A stretch of DNA of 64,000 bases from Rhodospirillaceae bacterium (GCA_028822445.1 JAPKDQ010000009.1:6501-70500), one strand, 5' to 3'. Counted from the first letter of the stretch, positions 35,566 through 45,606 are shown. Numbers and translations: made by a program. The notes: a model not told the origin generated them from the letters alone.

Positions 35566-37806
35566 ATGAACACGTATGTCTCGCGCGATGCCCTGGCCTT
35601 TGGAACCCCAGAGGAGGGCCCCGAACTTTCGCGACGCTCAATTTTAAAGATGACCGGAGCAGCCAGTGGCGGCCTGGTTCTGGGTGTTATTATTAGCACT
35701 CCGGGGGCGTCTCAGTCGGCAAGTGCCGCCACTGGAGATGAAGCGTTTGCGCCGAACGCATTTCTGGAGGTAAACCCAAACGGGCGCATTCTTATCTATT
35801 CCAAGGGCCCGGAGATTGGTCAGGGTATTAAGACCGCCTTTCCGATGATCATTGCCGAGGAACTGGATGCGGCTTGGGCGGATGTTGTGGTTAGGCAAGC
35901 GCCGGTCAACCCAGCTGTCTACGGTCGACAAAGTGCCGGTGGGTCATTCTCAATCCGTGGCTCATGGGATCAATTGCGCCAAGCTGGTGCTGCGGCGCGC
36001 GCTATGCTGGTTTCAGCAGCGGCAGATCAGTGGGATGTTGATGTCAGCGCCTGTGCAACGGCGAACAGTCACGTCATTCATCCCGATGGCGAAGCGCGCC
36101 TGTCCTATGCCTCACTCGCTGTGCTAGCTTCAAAATTCCCGGTTCCGGATGTTGATTCCGTTCCTCTCAAAGAACGGGAAGACTATACACTCATCGGCAC
36201 CTGGGTTGGTGGCGTTGAGAATGAGCAATTAGTTACCGGCCAGCCCCTGTTTGGCAGCGACCAATCTCTGCCGGATATGGTATATGCCACTTATCAGAAG
36301 TGCCCAGCCTTCGGCGGCAAGGTATTGTCTGCAAACTTGGATCATATTCGCTCTCTTGATGGTGTGCTCGATGCCTTCGTGCTTGAGGGTACAGGCGACG
36401 TTAGTGAAATCATGCCTGGTGTTGCCATTGTCGCCACCTCAACATGGCATGCGCTGCAGGCTCAGAGCGCACTCGAAATTGAGTGGGATGAATCTGAGGC
36501 TTCTAAAGACAGTTGGACGGATGCTCTAGCCGAGGCGCGTGGTCTAGCGGGAACGAAGGGATTGGAGACTAAGATTTCTAAGGGCGATGTCGACGCAGCT
36601 ATGGCAAGCGCGGCGCATACGGTGGTCTCCTTTTACACTTATCCGTTTGTCTCCCACGCGCCTATGGAGCCTCAGAATTGCACGGCTTGGTATCGTGGCG
36701 GTGAAGTTGAAATATGGGCGCCCACACAAACGCCAGAACGCGGTGTATCATCCGTCGCGACGGTTTTTGGCTTACCAAGTGAAAAAGTGACGTTGCATCA
36801 AGTCCGGTCTGGCGGGGGCTTTGGTCGCCGTCTCTACAATAACTTTATATGTGAAGCTGTCGCCATTTCTGAACGAATCGGTGGGCCAGTTAAGCTTCAG
36901 TGGAGCCGGGAAGATGATACGCGCCATGACCTCTACCGTGCGGGTGGATTTCATCATATCGAAGGGGCGGTTGATGCCACGGGTAAGCTCGTCGCTTTGC
37001 GCGATCATAATGTGACGTTCACCACCAACGGCGAGCGTGCCGTGACGGGTGGCGACCTCCGTGAGAGCGAATTTCCGGTTCCGTTGATTGAGAATGCTGA
37101 GATCACTCAAACAATGCTGCCGTGGAAAATTCCCTGCGGTGCCTGGCGCGCCCCTGGCTCAAACGTATTCGGTTTTGTTTTCCAATCCTTTTTGAATGAA
37201 CTATCCGTTGCGGCAGGTCGCGATCATGTGGATTTCCTGCTTGATATGCTCGGTGAGCCGCGCTGGCTCGACCCAGGAAGTATTCGCTCTTTGAATACAG
37301 GTCGCACGGCTGATGTGATTCAGCTGGCGGCGGAGAAGGCTGGGTGGGGGACGACCTTGCCGGACGGGCATCACTTGGGCCTTGGTTTTTATTTTAGTCA
37401 CGGTGGGCATATCGCTGAAGTAGCAGAAGTGAGTGTTGAAGCGGGGAATGTATTGAAGATTCACAAAGTGACTGTGGCCGCTGATGTGGGACCAATTGTC
37501 AATATGAGCGGCGCTAAGAACCAGTGCGAAGGCTCGGTGATTGATGGTATCAGTACCATGCTTGGGCAACAGCTCACGATTGAAAACGGTCGCGTCAAAG
37601 AAGGGAACTTCGACCAATATCCGTTGCTGAAGATGGCGGATGCACCGCATGTCGATGTTCACTTCATTCAGTCTGAGTATAGGCCCACGGGTCTTGGTGA
37701 ACCCGCGTTTCCACCCGTTGCACCGGCCGTGTGCAATGCCATTTATGCGGCGACTGGGCAACGGGTTCGCTCCCTCCCGCTCAGTCTTGAAGGCTTTGTT
37801 GTTTAA
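35566..37806 (+). CDS. Molybdopterin-binding xanthine-dehydrogenase-family subunit (IorB / aldehyde oxidoreductase beta-like), Tat signal
   Basis: Twin-Arg LSRRSILKMTGAASGG. EIGQGIKTAFPMIIAEELD, GGGFGRR and GLGEPAFPPVAPAVCNAI motifs. Confidence 0.85.
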   Translation: MNTYVSRDALAFGTPEEGPELSRRSILKMTGAASGGLVLGVIISTPGASQSASAATGDEAFAPNAFLEVNPNGRILIYSKGPEIGQGIKTAFPMIIAEELDAAWADVVVRQAPVNPAVYGRQSAGGSFSIRGSWDQLRQAGAAARAMLVSAAADQWDVDVSACATANSHVIHPDGEARLSYASLAVLASKFPVPDVDSVPLKEREDYTLIGTWVGGVENEQLVTGQPLFGSDQSLPDMVYATYQKCPAFGGKVLSANLDHIRSLDGVLDAFVLEGTGDVSEIMPGVAIVATSTWHALQAQSALEIEWDESEASKDSWTDALAEARGLAGTKGLETKISKGDVDAAMASAAHTVVSFYTYPFVSHAPMEPQNCTAWYRGGEVEIWAPTQTPERGVSSVATVFGLPSEKVTLHQVRSGGGFGRRLYNNFICEAVAISERIGGPVKLQWSREDDTRHDLYRAGGFHHIEGAVDATGKLVALRDHNVTFTTNGERAVTGGDLRESEFPVPLIENAEITQTMLPWKIPCGAWRAPGSNVFGFVFQSFLNELSVAAGRDHVDFLLDMLGEPRWLDPGSIRSLNTGRTADVIQLAAEKAGWGTTLPDGHHLGLGFYFSHGGHIAEVAEVSVEAGNVLKIHKVTVAADVGPIVNMSGAKNQCEGSVIDGISTMLGQQLTIENGRVKEGNFDQYPLLKMADAPHVDVHFIQSEYRPTGLGEPAFPPVAPAVCNAIYAATGQRVRSLPLSLEGFVV

Positions 37807-37811
37807 GACGT

Positions 37812-38594
37812 ATGGCAGACGCTAAAGGCGAAGACGGCGGAACCAAGACCCTTCAGACTGTTTCACGAGCGATGGCCATTCTCGAACTGATTAGTCGGGA
37901 TGGCCCGTTAAACGTGACTTCGATCTCACGCGTCATCGGCATTTCTCGGTCTGCTACGCTGCGCATCCTAAAGACGTTAATCGTTAGTGGGCATGTCGCT
38001 AAACCGCGGAACGCGCGAACTTACTTTCTTACAGAGCGCATTTTAACGCTGTCGTCTGGATACACGCGCAACAACATACTCGCCAAGGTAACAGAACCGA
38101 TCATTCGGAATGCGGCGCAACGCCTTTTGTGGCCTATGGTTTTGACTGTTCCCGTTGGTCCGGAAATGCTCGTTTTGATCACGACGGAACCGGAGAGCCC
38201 TTTGGCCCTGCAACGTATGACAGCTGGTTATCGTATGGCGCTGCCGGACACGGCTTCCGCGAGGGTGATTTTAGCGCAATCGAGACCAGAGGTTTGTGAC
38301 GAATACTTAACCTTCGTCCGCCAATCGCCTGGTACGGCGTCGCAGGCTGGCGTGTTCGAAGGTGGTGTGATGCGCGCGCGCAAGGACGGGTTTGCGTTTC
38401 ATCAGGTTCAGGGGTCGCGGGAGAAGTCCCTCGCAGTCGCAATAGTAGTCGGTGGTACAGCTGTTGCCGGCCTAACCGCTCGCTTTATCGCATCAGCCCT
38501 CACGGACTCGAAGGCACAAGAAACGGTCCTGCCAGTACTGCAAAGCACAGGCTCGCGCATTAGTGATGCGCTGGCTTCAGCACCGACGACTTAA
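37812..38594 (+). CDS. IclR-family transcriptional regulator
   Basis: HTH LQTVSRAMAILELISRDGPLNVTSISRVIGISRSATLRILKTL. 260 aa. Starts 5 nt after the molybdoenzyme stop. Confidence 0.85.
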   Translation: MADAKGEDGGTKTLQTVSRAMAILELISRDGPLNVTSISRVIGISRSATLRILKTLIVSGHVAKPRNARTYFLTERILTLSSGYTRNNILAKVTEPIIRNAAQRLLWPMVLTVPVGPEMLVLITTEPESPLALQRMTAGYRMALPDTASARVILAQSRPEVCDEYLTFVRQSPGTASQAGVFEGGVMRARKDGFAFHQVQGSREKSLAVAIVVGGTAVAGLTARFIASALTDSKAQETVLPVLQSTGSRISDALASAPTT

Positions 38595-38595
38595 A

Positions 38596-38937
38596 TTATA
38601 TGTTGTCTCCGGGTGCATCCCCTGGGATCGCCTTTTCAGCGCGCTCGGCTTGTTGCAAGAGCAGGTAAAATACTCGGTTGCTGATGTCCTCGCGTAAGGC
38701 TTCTCGATCAGTGGTAGCGGCCTCATCTGGTCTGAACGCGTTCACATCAGACTGGTTCAGAATACCCTTTGACTCAAGGAGGCGCTCTACTGCATCTAAA
38801 CGTTGACGAGTGACGATCAGTTCATTGAGAAGCGAGACATTCATCGACAACAAAATATCATTCGCTTCATCGTCGAACATCATCGGTCTCGGACCTTTGG
38901 CAACCCGCGGCAATTTGACTTTCTGTTCGTCACTCAT
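38596..38937 (-). CDS. Small (113 aa) acidic protein of unknown family (cassette copy 2)
   Basis: Starts 9 nt after the MTase stop (TAG-GGGGCGGCT-ATG). Similar to 27688-28053. Confidence 0.6.
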   Translation of the reverse strand: MSDEQKVKLPRVAKGPRPMMFDDEANDILLSMNVSLLNELIVTRQRLDAVERLLESKGILNQSDVNAFRPDEAATTDREALREDISNRVFYLLLQQAERAEKAIPGDAPGDNI

Positions 38938-38946
38938 AGCCGCCCC

Positions 38947-40134
38947 CTATTCTTTGATGCCAATAATAAATGCCATCCCAAGAGGTGATCCCGGAGGTGC
39001 ACCATGTCCAGCGGACCGCGATGTTTCAATAGCGGCATCAATCTTGGCTTGATCCTTACCCCCTTTGACCTGAGAGAAATCTCGGATCACGTTCTCAGGT
39101 AAGAAGCCGGCATCGATCGTGACTTTTTTGAGGTCCAATGTTCGGAATTTTGTCCAAAATGGTTCGTTATTGTAGTGGGTTTCATTGGTGTAGATGAACT
39201 GCCGGTAGGGATCGATTTCGTTAAGCTGAGGCAGATCTGCATGAATCATAATTCCACCTGGGCTAAGAAGGCGGTGGCATTCCTTGATGATTGCGGGCCA
39301 AGCCTTGGTTGACGTTTCATGGGCTAATATGTTTGATGTTATGATGTCAAAGCTACCATCTTCGAATTTGGTATGCTCAGCCGACTGTTGAGAGAAGTGT
39401 ATTTTGTGGCCTAGGGCTTCTGCGCGTGCATGGCCGTAGCGCAGCAGCGCGGGCCCGAGGTCGATGGCGTAAACGTCTGCTTGTGGCCACCGGTTTACGT
39501 AGGCCGCTGTGCTCTGGCCAATGGTGCATCCCATATCAAGAACGCGGGCCGGCTTGAGGTTGGGGAATATGGCGTCTAGGTATTGCGTTACAATACGGCC
39601 TGCCATGTCTGTCATGCCGCTGCTGCCACTATTATAGATATGAATGGCGCGATCATAAATTGCTCCAGCCGCGATATCATCTTCGCAGTGCTCGGCGGTA
39701 AAGCCACCGGGCTGGCAGTGAATATCCACCGCCGTAACATAGCGTGGCAGTTCCAGATCCGGGTCCAGTTCTAGGGTCCCAAGATTCTGTTCCATGTTCT
39801 TCGATCGTTTGATGAGGTCGGGCAGTTGTTCCTCGACCGGAGTGACGAGAGATTCAAACATCAGCTCCTGGACTACGCGATGGAACCCCATTTGGAATTT
39901 CATATATGTGCCCTTGAGCATTTCTTTACGAATTTGTCGGTACTCGTTTAAGGGGGTGCCTGTTTTTTTTTCATAGGCTGGTTTGATTTCACGATAGAAT
40001 TGCTGACGGCTTCCAGCCGCGAATTTACGGAGGAGTGACTGCCTCAGCGTGCGAACATTGTTTTGGCGTTCCGCTTCGTCATGGCTCCGGTTCGTCATCA
40101 TGCCGTGTTCATGCTGGGCTTCAGGCATCATCAT
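38947..40134 (-). CDS. Class I SAM-dependent methyltransferase with long N-terminal extension (cassette copy 2)
   Basis: VLDMGCTIGQST (motif I variant), IDLGP, LSPGG. N-terminal IHCQPGGFT. Paralogue of 26606-27691. Confidence 0.8.
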   Translation of the reverse strand: MMMPEAQHEHGMMTNRSHDEAERQNNVRTLRQSLLRKFAAGSRQQFYREIKPAYEKKTGTPLNEYRQIRKEMLKGTYMKFQMGFHRVVQELMFESLVTPVEEQLPDLIKRSKNMEQNLGTLELDPDLELPRYVTAVDIHCQPGGFTAEHCEDDIAAGAIYDRAIHIYNSGSSGMTDMAGRIVTQYLDAIFPNLKPARVLDMGCTIGQSTAAYVNRWPQADVYAIDLGPALLRYGHARAEALGHKIHFSQQSAEHTKFEDGSFDIITSNILAHETSTKAWPAIIKECHRLLSPGGIMIHADLPQLNEIDPYRQFIYTNETHYNNEPFWTKFRTLDLKKVTIDAGFLPENVIRDFSQVKGGKDQAKIDAAIETSRSAGHGAPPGSPLGMAFIIGIKE

Positions 40135-40370
40135 CCTTTTCGTATGCGCTATTGGTTTTATAGACCTTAGTCTATTCGTTTTTTTTAAGGCAGAATATCT
40201 AGTGCTTCATTCTGAATGTTCAGCTGGTCTCTGAATCCCGTACACAGCGAGTATTCGGCGCTTGCACAGATGCACGGTAGGATCGAGAAGGCGCTTGAGG
40301 AGTAGGCAAAAGAGTTCGACCCGTTACCATCAATGATTATAATCTAAGTACTGTCGCAATCTAATTCAGA

Positions 40371-40838
40371 TTATTGAACTTGGCGGGCCATCGCGCCCAT
40401 GATTTTCCAGTCTCCATCGGTATCTTTCACCCAAACATGGATGGTGTGATATCGCTGATTCACCTCAGTGCCATCCGGCGCGACCGTTCGGTGCGTGTTG
40501 TAATAGATGACACCCGTGTTGCCGTGCATGGCGAAATCATCAAAGTACAATTCTAATTTTTCTGAGTTCGGAAACCTAAATAGGCCAGACTCCTGATTTT
40601 TTTTGAGTTGAGAAATAGGCGATGGCTTCGGTGTACCAGGGGGCCACCCAACATAGTTCGGTGATGAATTTTCGATATAGTAATCGAGGCCCGTTTTGGC
40701 GCGTGCTTTGTAGATGGCCTGTTCTTTTGCCCAAACAATTTTCTTTGCTTCTTCATATTCCCTGGCAGATTGTGCCTGAGACACGTTTGCCGGTCCCATC
40801 GCAATGATGGCGAGTGCGAGAAGTATAATACGGATCAT
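40371..40838 (-). CDS. Secreted DUF4440/SnoaL-like (NTF2-fold) protein
   Basis: Signal peptide MIRIILLALAIIAMGPANVSQA. C-terminal HTIHVWVKDTDGDWKIMGAMA is typical of the NTF2-like fold. Paralogue of 45607-46140. Confidence 0.6.
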   Translation of the reverse strand: MIRIILLALAIIAMGPANVSQAQSAREYEEAKKIVWAKEQAIYKARAKTGLDYYIENSSPNYVGWPPGTPKPSPISQLKKNQESGLFRFPNSEKLELYFDDFAMHGNTGVIYYNTHRTVAPDGTEVNQRYHTIHVWVKDTDGDWKIMGAMARQVQ

Positions 40839-40849
40839 TACTACCTCAT

Positions 40850-42151
40850 TTATGATTGCGGTGTTGGCGGTGTTTCGCCGCGCGCGCGGATAATGCTGCG
40901 CATAATGGTGTTAGGAACGAACGTATTGTCCCAGTGATTATCTTTCGGCGGCGCATTACCTATCCGGAGAATCACGAGACCTTCAGATGGAATAATGTAA
41001 ACGACCTGATTGGAATTGCCATCATAGAGGTATAGGTCTTCGGCGAGATACGGCTCTGCATGATTTGTTACCCCCATATTCGGGACGTCTGGATTAGCCG
41101 CACCACGCGTTTCTACATAGGCGCCAGCAATATAAAGCCCCATACCAGCCCAAAGATTCTGTGGCGTGGCGATTTTCGTCTGCTCAACATAGCCTTCTGG
41201 CAGCAGACGAACCCCATCCCATACGCCGTCAAAGTAGCTCAGTAGACCGAGGCGCATGAATGCTCCAGCCGGGAGCATAATGCAGCAGCCGGAATGGGCT
41301 GTGCCGCCTTCGCGATTAAGCCAAACTTGCCCACCCTTAGAACCAAGAGGCTTGAGTATTTGCTCTGAAACCCATTCGCCATATCGTACACCAGTTGCGC
41401 GCTCTATCAGCGGAGCGACCATTTCTGATGTTGCATTAGAGTAGTCATACCGTTCACCTGGCTTATGGGTGAGTGGGTATTCATTGATAATCACGTCGTC
41501 ATGGTAGGGGTGAAGATACGAGCGATTTAAAATGCTCTCTGGCTCACGCTCCATACCTTGGCGAAGGAAGCCCGTGCGCATATCCAAGAGGTGTCGAATA
41601 AGCATGGGTTCTCTATCCGTACCCTTCCACTCCGTAATGAAATCGCTGACCCGTTGATCAATGGACTTAATGTGGCCCTCCATAATGGCGCGGCCGACTG
41701 CGATGACTGTAACTGGCTTGGCCAGAGAACGGCCAACGATCAAGGTGTCCGCATCAGCGCCATTGAAATATGCTTCACGCTCTAATTTTCCTTTTCGCCA
41801 AACCATGAAAGCCTGTGAGTTTCTTGCCCCTGCATACTCTTCAGCCACATCTAAGGCATCTCGTGTGACAGTGCTTACCTTGTTCTGATCAGTCAGGGGG
41901 AGGGGGGCAAATTCGGCTAAACCCTGAACGTCTTCTAAAACGTCGTATCGAAATCCGCCATTTTGGCCGCCACTACCACCGAACAAGGCGTTGAGACGCA
42001 AGAGGTATAACTCTTTAGCTTCTGGCGGATACTTTGCGTCAACATCTATCTGGGTAATATCTTGGGCTACTACACTTGTGATATTTGTTATACTGAGCAG
42101 CGCGATGATTGGAAAACTTAAAGCAAGTGCGTAACTGCAAAGTCGTAGCAT
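40850..42151 (-). CDS. Secreted serine hydrolase (class C beta-lactamase/esterase family)
   Basis: S-x-x-K (GRSLAKPV) and Y-x-N (YDYSNAT) motifs. ATG 42151 with GGAG 9 nt upstream gives signal peptide MLRLCSYALALSFPIIALL. Confidence 0.8.
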   Translation of the reverse strand: MLRLCSYALALSFPIIALLSITNITSVVAQDITQIDVDAKYPPEAKELYLLRLNALFGGSGGQNGGFRYDVLEDVQGLAEFAPLPLTDQNKVSTVTRDALDVAEEYAGARNSQAFMVWRKGKLEREAYFNGADADTLIVGRSLAKPVTVIAVGRAIMEGHIKSIDQRVSDFITEWKGTDREPMLIRHLLDMRTGFLRQGMEREPESILNRSYLHPYHDDVIINEYPLTHKPGERYDYSNATSEMVAPLIERATGVRYGEWVSEQILKPLGSKGGQVWLNREGGTAHSGCCIMLPAGAFMRLGLLSYFDGVWDGVRLLPEGYVEQTKIATPQNLWAGMGLYIAGAYVETRGAANPDVPNMGVTNHAEPYLAEDLYLYDGNSNQVVYIIPSEGLVILRIGNAPPKDNHWDNTFVPNTIMRSIIRARGETPPTPQS

Positions 42152-42259
42152 GCAGAAAAACTCCAAAGTTTATGTGTGTGAACGTATATATGACTATGCC
42201 ATAGTTACTCAATATTGGTCCATGCCGCTGGGCGATGACAGGCTTTAAGCGGCTGTGTT

Positions 42260-43108
42260 CTAAGTATTTCGCCGCCAAGTGGTCGGGAAGAGTTGCGCCG
42301 GAAGGGGCTCGCCTTCTTTTATGTCCGGGCTATTCTGGAACGGTGATTTTTTTGAGGTCGGGTTATTCTCGTATCTGATGTCACTCCCAAGCCACCGGAG
42401 TGAAAACGCAACTCGGCGCCCAAATTGACCAGCGGTTCTGGGGAGGGACGCGTGGATGGTCTTTGGATGGATAATCAGCATATCGCCGGCTTTAACTTCC
42501 CAAACACGAATGTCTGCATATGGTGCGTGAACGCGTTCTAAGAGCTCCTCCCATGTATGGAAATTCGGTGGCGGTTTAACACCGTCGAGCGCCCATGAGC
42601 TGACATAACGATGCGCATCTTTGTTTGAACCAGAGAGTGTTTGTACTGGAGCGTTGTTTAGGTCGACGTCTGTTAGTGCTATCCACATGGACGGAGCATG
42701 GTGCCCTCGTAACGGAAAAAGACATTCGTCATTATGCCACGGCGTGGCGGTTGCTTCGTCTTCTCCCTCTTTAAGGAATGTTCCGTCAGTCCAAGGTTGC
42801 ATAGTATCTGACCCAATGACGTCGGCGACGATCTGGGCACAGTCGGAATGTTCGACTAAATTGCGCATCTCAGGTAAACGCGGATACAAATTGACTAGCC
42901 GGACATAGCCATCATGATCTTCGTATTGAATATCCGGCATCATCTCTTGGGGACCGAACGCTATAGTGCCGGTGCGTATGCCTAAGATAGCGTCGTCAAT
43001 AACCTTGGTCATGCCGGCGACCCACTCTTGCGTCATTGCACCGACGACGTGTGTTACGCCAACTTCGTTATAGGTCTCTATGATGTCTTGAGTGACTTTT
43101 GGATGCAT
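42260..43108 (-). CDS. Phytanoyl-CoA dioxygenase (PhyH) family Fe(II)/2-oxoglutarate oxygenase
   Basis: H-x-D (PWHNDE) and distal His (IIHPKTIHAS). Paralogue of 23959-24882. Confidence 0.8.
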   Translation of the reverse strand: MHPKVTQDIIETYNEVGVTHVVGAMTQEWVAGMTKVIDDAILGIRTGTIAFGPQEMMPDIQYEDHDGYVRLVNLYPRLPEMRNLVEHSDCAQIVADVIGSDTMQPWTDGTFLKEGEDEATATPWHNDECLFPLRGHHAPSMWIALTDVDLNNAPVQTLSGSNKDAHRYVSSWALDGVKPPPNFHTWEELLERVHAPYADIRVWEVKAGDMLIIHPKTIHASLPRTAGQFGRRVAFSLRWLGSDIRYENNPTSKKSPFQNSPDIKEGEPLPAQLFPTTWRRNT

Positions 43109-43217
43109 TTCTAGCTTTCAAACCTTTAGAATTATTTACGTGTTCGGTTTTGCTCTCTAAAATTTTACTACTGTCCCCTATGAAAGAAAATATTATAAAT
43201 ACTGTTACAAATATCCT

Positions 43218-44105
43218 TTACCCGTAACTTTCTGCTTCTGTCTTTTTCGCCGTCTCAATTGTCTCAAAGTCGTCCATTTCTCCGCTGATGAAGCGGTGCA
43301 ACACCGAAACGTAATCGGCCGTTTTATCAGGGTGGTGGTGCGGATGCCTGCCAACGAATGTATACCCAACAGCTCCATCGGCTAACCTAAGAACTTTTCT
43401 ATGGCAGTCGTTCAATGGATCTGTTTCGGCAGTGAGAGCGAGGGTTGGAACGGTTACTTTCTGTAACGCCTCTTCCATATTGTAGTTTCTAAGTGCGTCG
43501 GCAGAATCGTCGCTTTGCTGAGCGAGCATGCTATCGATAACGGCATTCCGTAAAAAGTCTGCGCCACCCTCATCGAGGACGAAGCTTGAATCCCACATGC
43601 GTTGCAGCCATAAAGAGCGTTCCCAGACCCAGGCGATATGTGATCCGTCTTCTTTCCAGTCCGGCGTTGGCTGGCGTGCTGTCGCAAGAACCTCTTCGCG
43701 GAACGTGCGATCCCAGACAGGGCTCCCATCGAGGATAAGCCTAGAAACTTTTTGTGGATGGCTCAGGGAAAGCTCTACCGCAATCTCGGCGGAGAGATGT
43801 CCACCGAGCACCACAGCCCCTTCGATGTTTAGACCGTCCATAACGGAAGCAATATTGTCTGCGTAGTCGCCGATGGCCCATGGTTTTGGCCTTGGGTCTG
43901 ACTGACCATATCCAAGGTGATCTGGCGCGTAGGCCGCATAACCAAGATTAGCAAGGCAGGATAAAGTCGGTGTGTATTGACGGCTTGACGCGGGGGTCCA
44001 GTGAAGCAAAATTATTGGCATGCCGTTCCCCGCGGAACGCACGTGCACAAAGCCAGATGGTGTTTCTACGAAAGCGCGGTGATTGCGTAAGGATAAGGTA
44101 TGCAT
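43218..44105 (-). CDS. Alpha/beta hydrolase
   Basis: PIILLHWTPASSRQY and nucleophile-elbow-like LGGHLSAE. 295 aa. Nucleophile identity not obvious. Confidence 0.75.
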   Translation of the reverse strand: MHTLSLRNHRAFVETPSGFVHVRSAGNGMPIILLHWTPASSRQYTPTLSCLANLGYAAYAPDHLGYGQSDPRPKPWAIGDYADNIASVMDGLNIEGAVVLGGHLSAEIAVELSLSHPQKVSRLILDGSPVWDRTFREEVLATARQPTPDWKEDGSHIAWVWERSLWLQRMWDSSFVLDEGGADFLRNAVIDSMLAQQSDDSADALRNYNMEEALQKVTVPTLALTAETDPLNDCHRKVLRLADGAVGYTFVGRHPHHHPDKTADYVSVLHRFISGEMDDFETIETAKKTEAESYG

Positions 44106-44274
44106 TGATAATGGGCCTTATTTCCGGCTTTTCTTCTGGGATTCGTAGCTTAAAGGAAAGTTCGCTATCCGGGCAGATTCTATTTCCTATGGCTCGACGC
44201 CTGTCCCAAGCTTGCATCTTGCCCTATGTAAGAAATATCAGTTTGATCATTAATCTGGCAAAAAAGAGAAATCC

Positions 44275-45573
44275 GTGCCTTCAGATACACTGCCGTCAAT
44301 AGACCACATCACTTCGGCTAAACGCCTTCTCAATGTTGAGCGGGCCTACGAGATTATGGACAAGTATGGCCTGGACGGATTGGTCGCAACGACGCCAGTA
44401 AACATCTACTACCTCTCCAGCCATGGCGGGATTATGCAATGGATGGGTCGTCCCTTTTCAACATTCGCATTCTTTCCGCGCAATCCAGCTGCACCTCCCG
44501 CGATTATTTTATCTGCAGTCATGTTGTACCACCTAGACTATCGGCCGACATGGATGCCAACGGTTCAGGCTTACACCATGCCTTTGAAGGGAGAGGGTGG
44601 CGCGGTTCTGTTAAACGGCCATGGCCAGCCAGTGGCAAACCCTAAAACCAGCTTCTGGCCGGTCGGTGATGGCGAGAAGAGCGAGCGGGATAAAATGCAG
44701 CTTGCCTTGTTCGCTGCTTATGAAGGCAAAACGAGTGCAACTCCGTTAGCGGCTCTCGTTAAAGCCATCCAAGACGGTGGGGCGGCCAACGGCACGATTG
44801 GATTTGATGACCCGCGGATTGCGCCGTGGCTTAGGGAGCAAGGTGTGCCGAACATTAAAGGCGTTGATGCGCTCAACGTCTTTAAAGAAATTCGCATGGT
44901 GAAGACAGAGAATGAGATCGATTTGCTGCGCGAGGCAGCGCAGAAAAATGAAGTCGCATTGGATTATGCGATCGAACACATCGAACCTGGGTTTGCCTTA
45001 GAAGACATAGAGCTTGCTCATGCGCGTAAGTGGGGTGAGTTGGGCGGCCGCGGGAAATGGATGATTGCCAATGTTGATGGGTTAAACTCTGGCGTGGTGT
45101 CCAAAGGCGATTTCATGAAGCTTGACAGTGTCGGCGTTTACAAAGGCTACCATGGAGACGTCGGCCGTACGGTCATGGTTGGCGATCCGCCGGATAGTTT
45201 GGTCAAACGCATAGAGGCTGATACAAAGTGCAGTCGAGTTGTCTATGACGCTGTGAGGCCAGGGATGAAATTTTCTGAAGCCTCAAAGATGTTTCATGAT
45301 CTGATGCAACAAGAAGGTGTTCCGAACGGATATGGCGGACCACACAACGTTGGTCTTGAGCATACCGACCAGCCGTTCCCGACAGGGGCAGAGCCTCCCG
45401 GGACCTTCGATCAGGATTTTTTCTTCGAAGATGGAACGGTTTACACGCTTGATATGCCGTATAGCGAGATTGGGTGGGGGACTACTCACGTGGAGGATAT
45501 GATCGTGGTCCGCAAGGATGGCTACGAGGCTTTATCTTCAATGGATACCAGGTTGAGGGTCAGGCCTACGTAG
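44275..45573 (+). CDS. M24-family metallopeptidase-fold protein (creatinase/Xaa-Pro peptidase-like)
   Basis: N-terminal creatinase-like domain (GLDGLVATTPVNIYYLS). Pita-bread motifs YKGYHGDVGRTVMVG, HNVGLEH and THVEDMIVV. GTG start. Confidence 0.8.
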   Translation: MPSDTLPSIDHITSAKRLLNVERAYEIMDKYGLDGLVATTPVNIYYLSSHGGIMQWMGRPFSTFAFFPRNPAAPPAIILSAVMLYHLDYRPTWMPTVQAYTMPLKGEGGAVLLNGHGQPVANPKTSFWPVGDGEKSERDKMQLALFAAYEGKTSATPLAALVKAIQDGGAANGTIGFDDPRIAPWLREQGVPNIKGVDALNVFKEIRMVKTENEIDLLREAAQKNEVALDYAIEHIEPGFALEDIELAHARKWGELGGRGKWMIANVDGLNSGVVSKGDFMKLDSVGVYKGYHGDVGRTVMVGDPPDSLVKRIEADTKCSRVVYDAVRPGMKFSEASKMFHDLMQQEGVPNGYGGPHNVGLEHTDQPFPTGAEPPGTFDQDFFFEDGTVYTLDMPYSEIGWGTTHVEDMIVVRKDGYEALSSMDTRLRVRPT

Positions 45574-45606
45574 GTAGATAAGTCTATCAAGCTGAGGGGC
45601 AGATAT

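Noticed and set aside
37201-37761. 186-aa ORF antisense to the molybdoenzyme gene
   Set aside because: Embedded opposite a strongly supported CDS, with no motifs and Arg/His-rich shadow composition.
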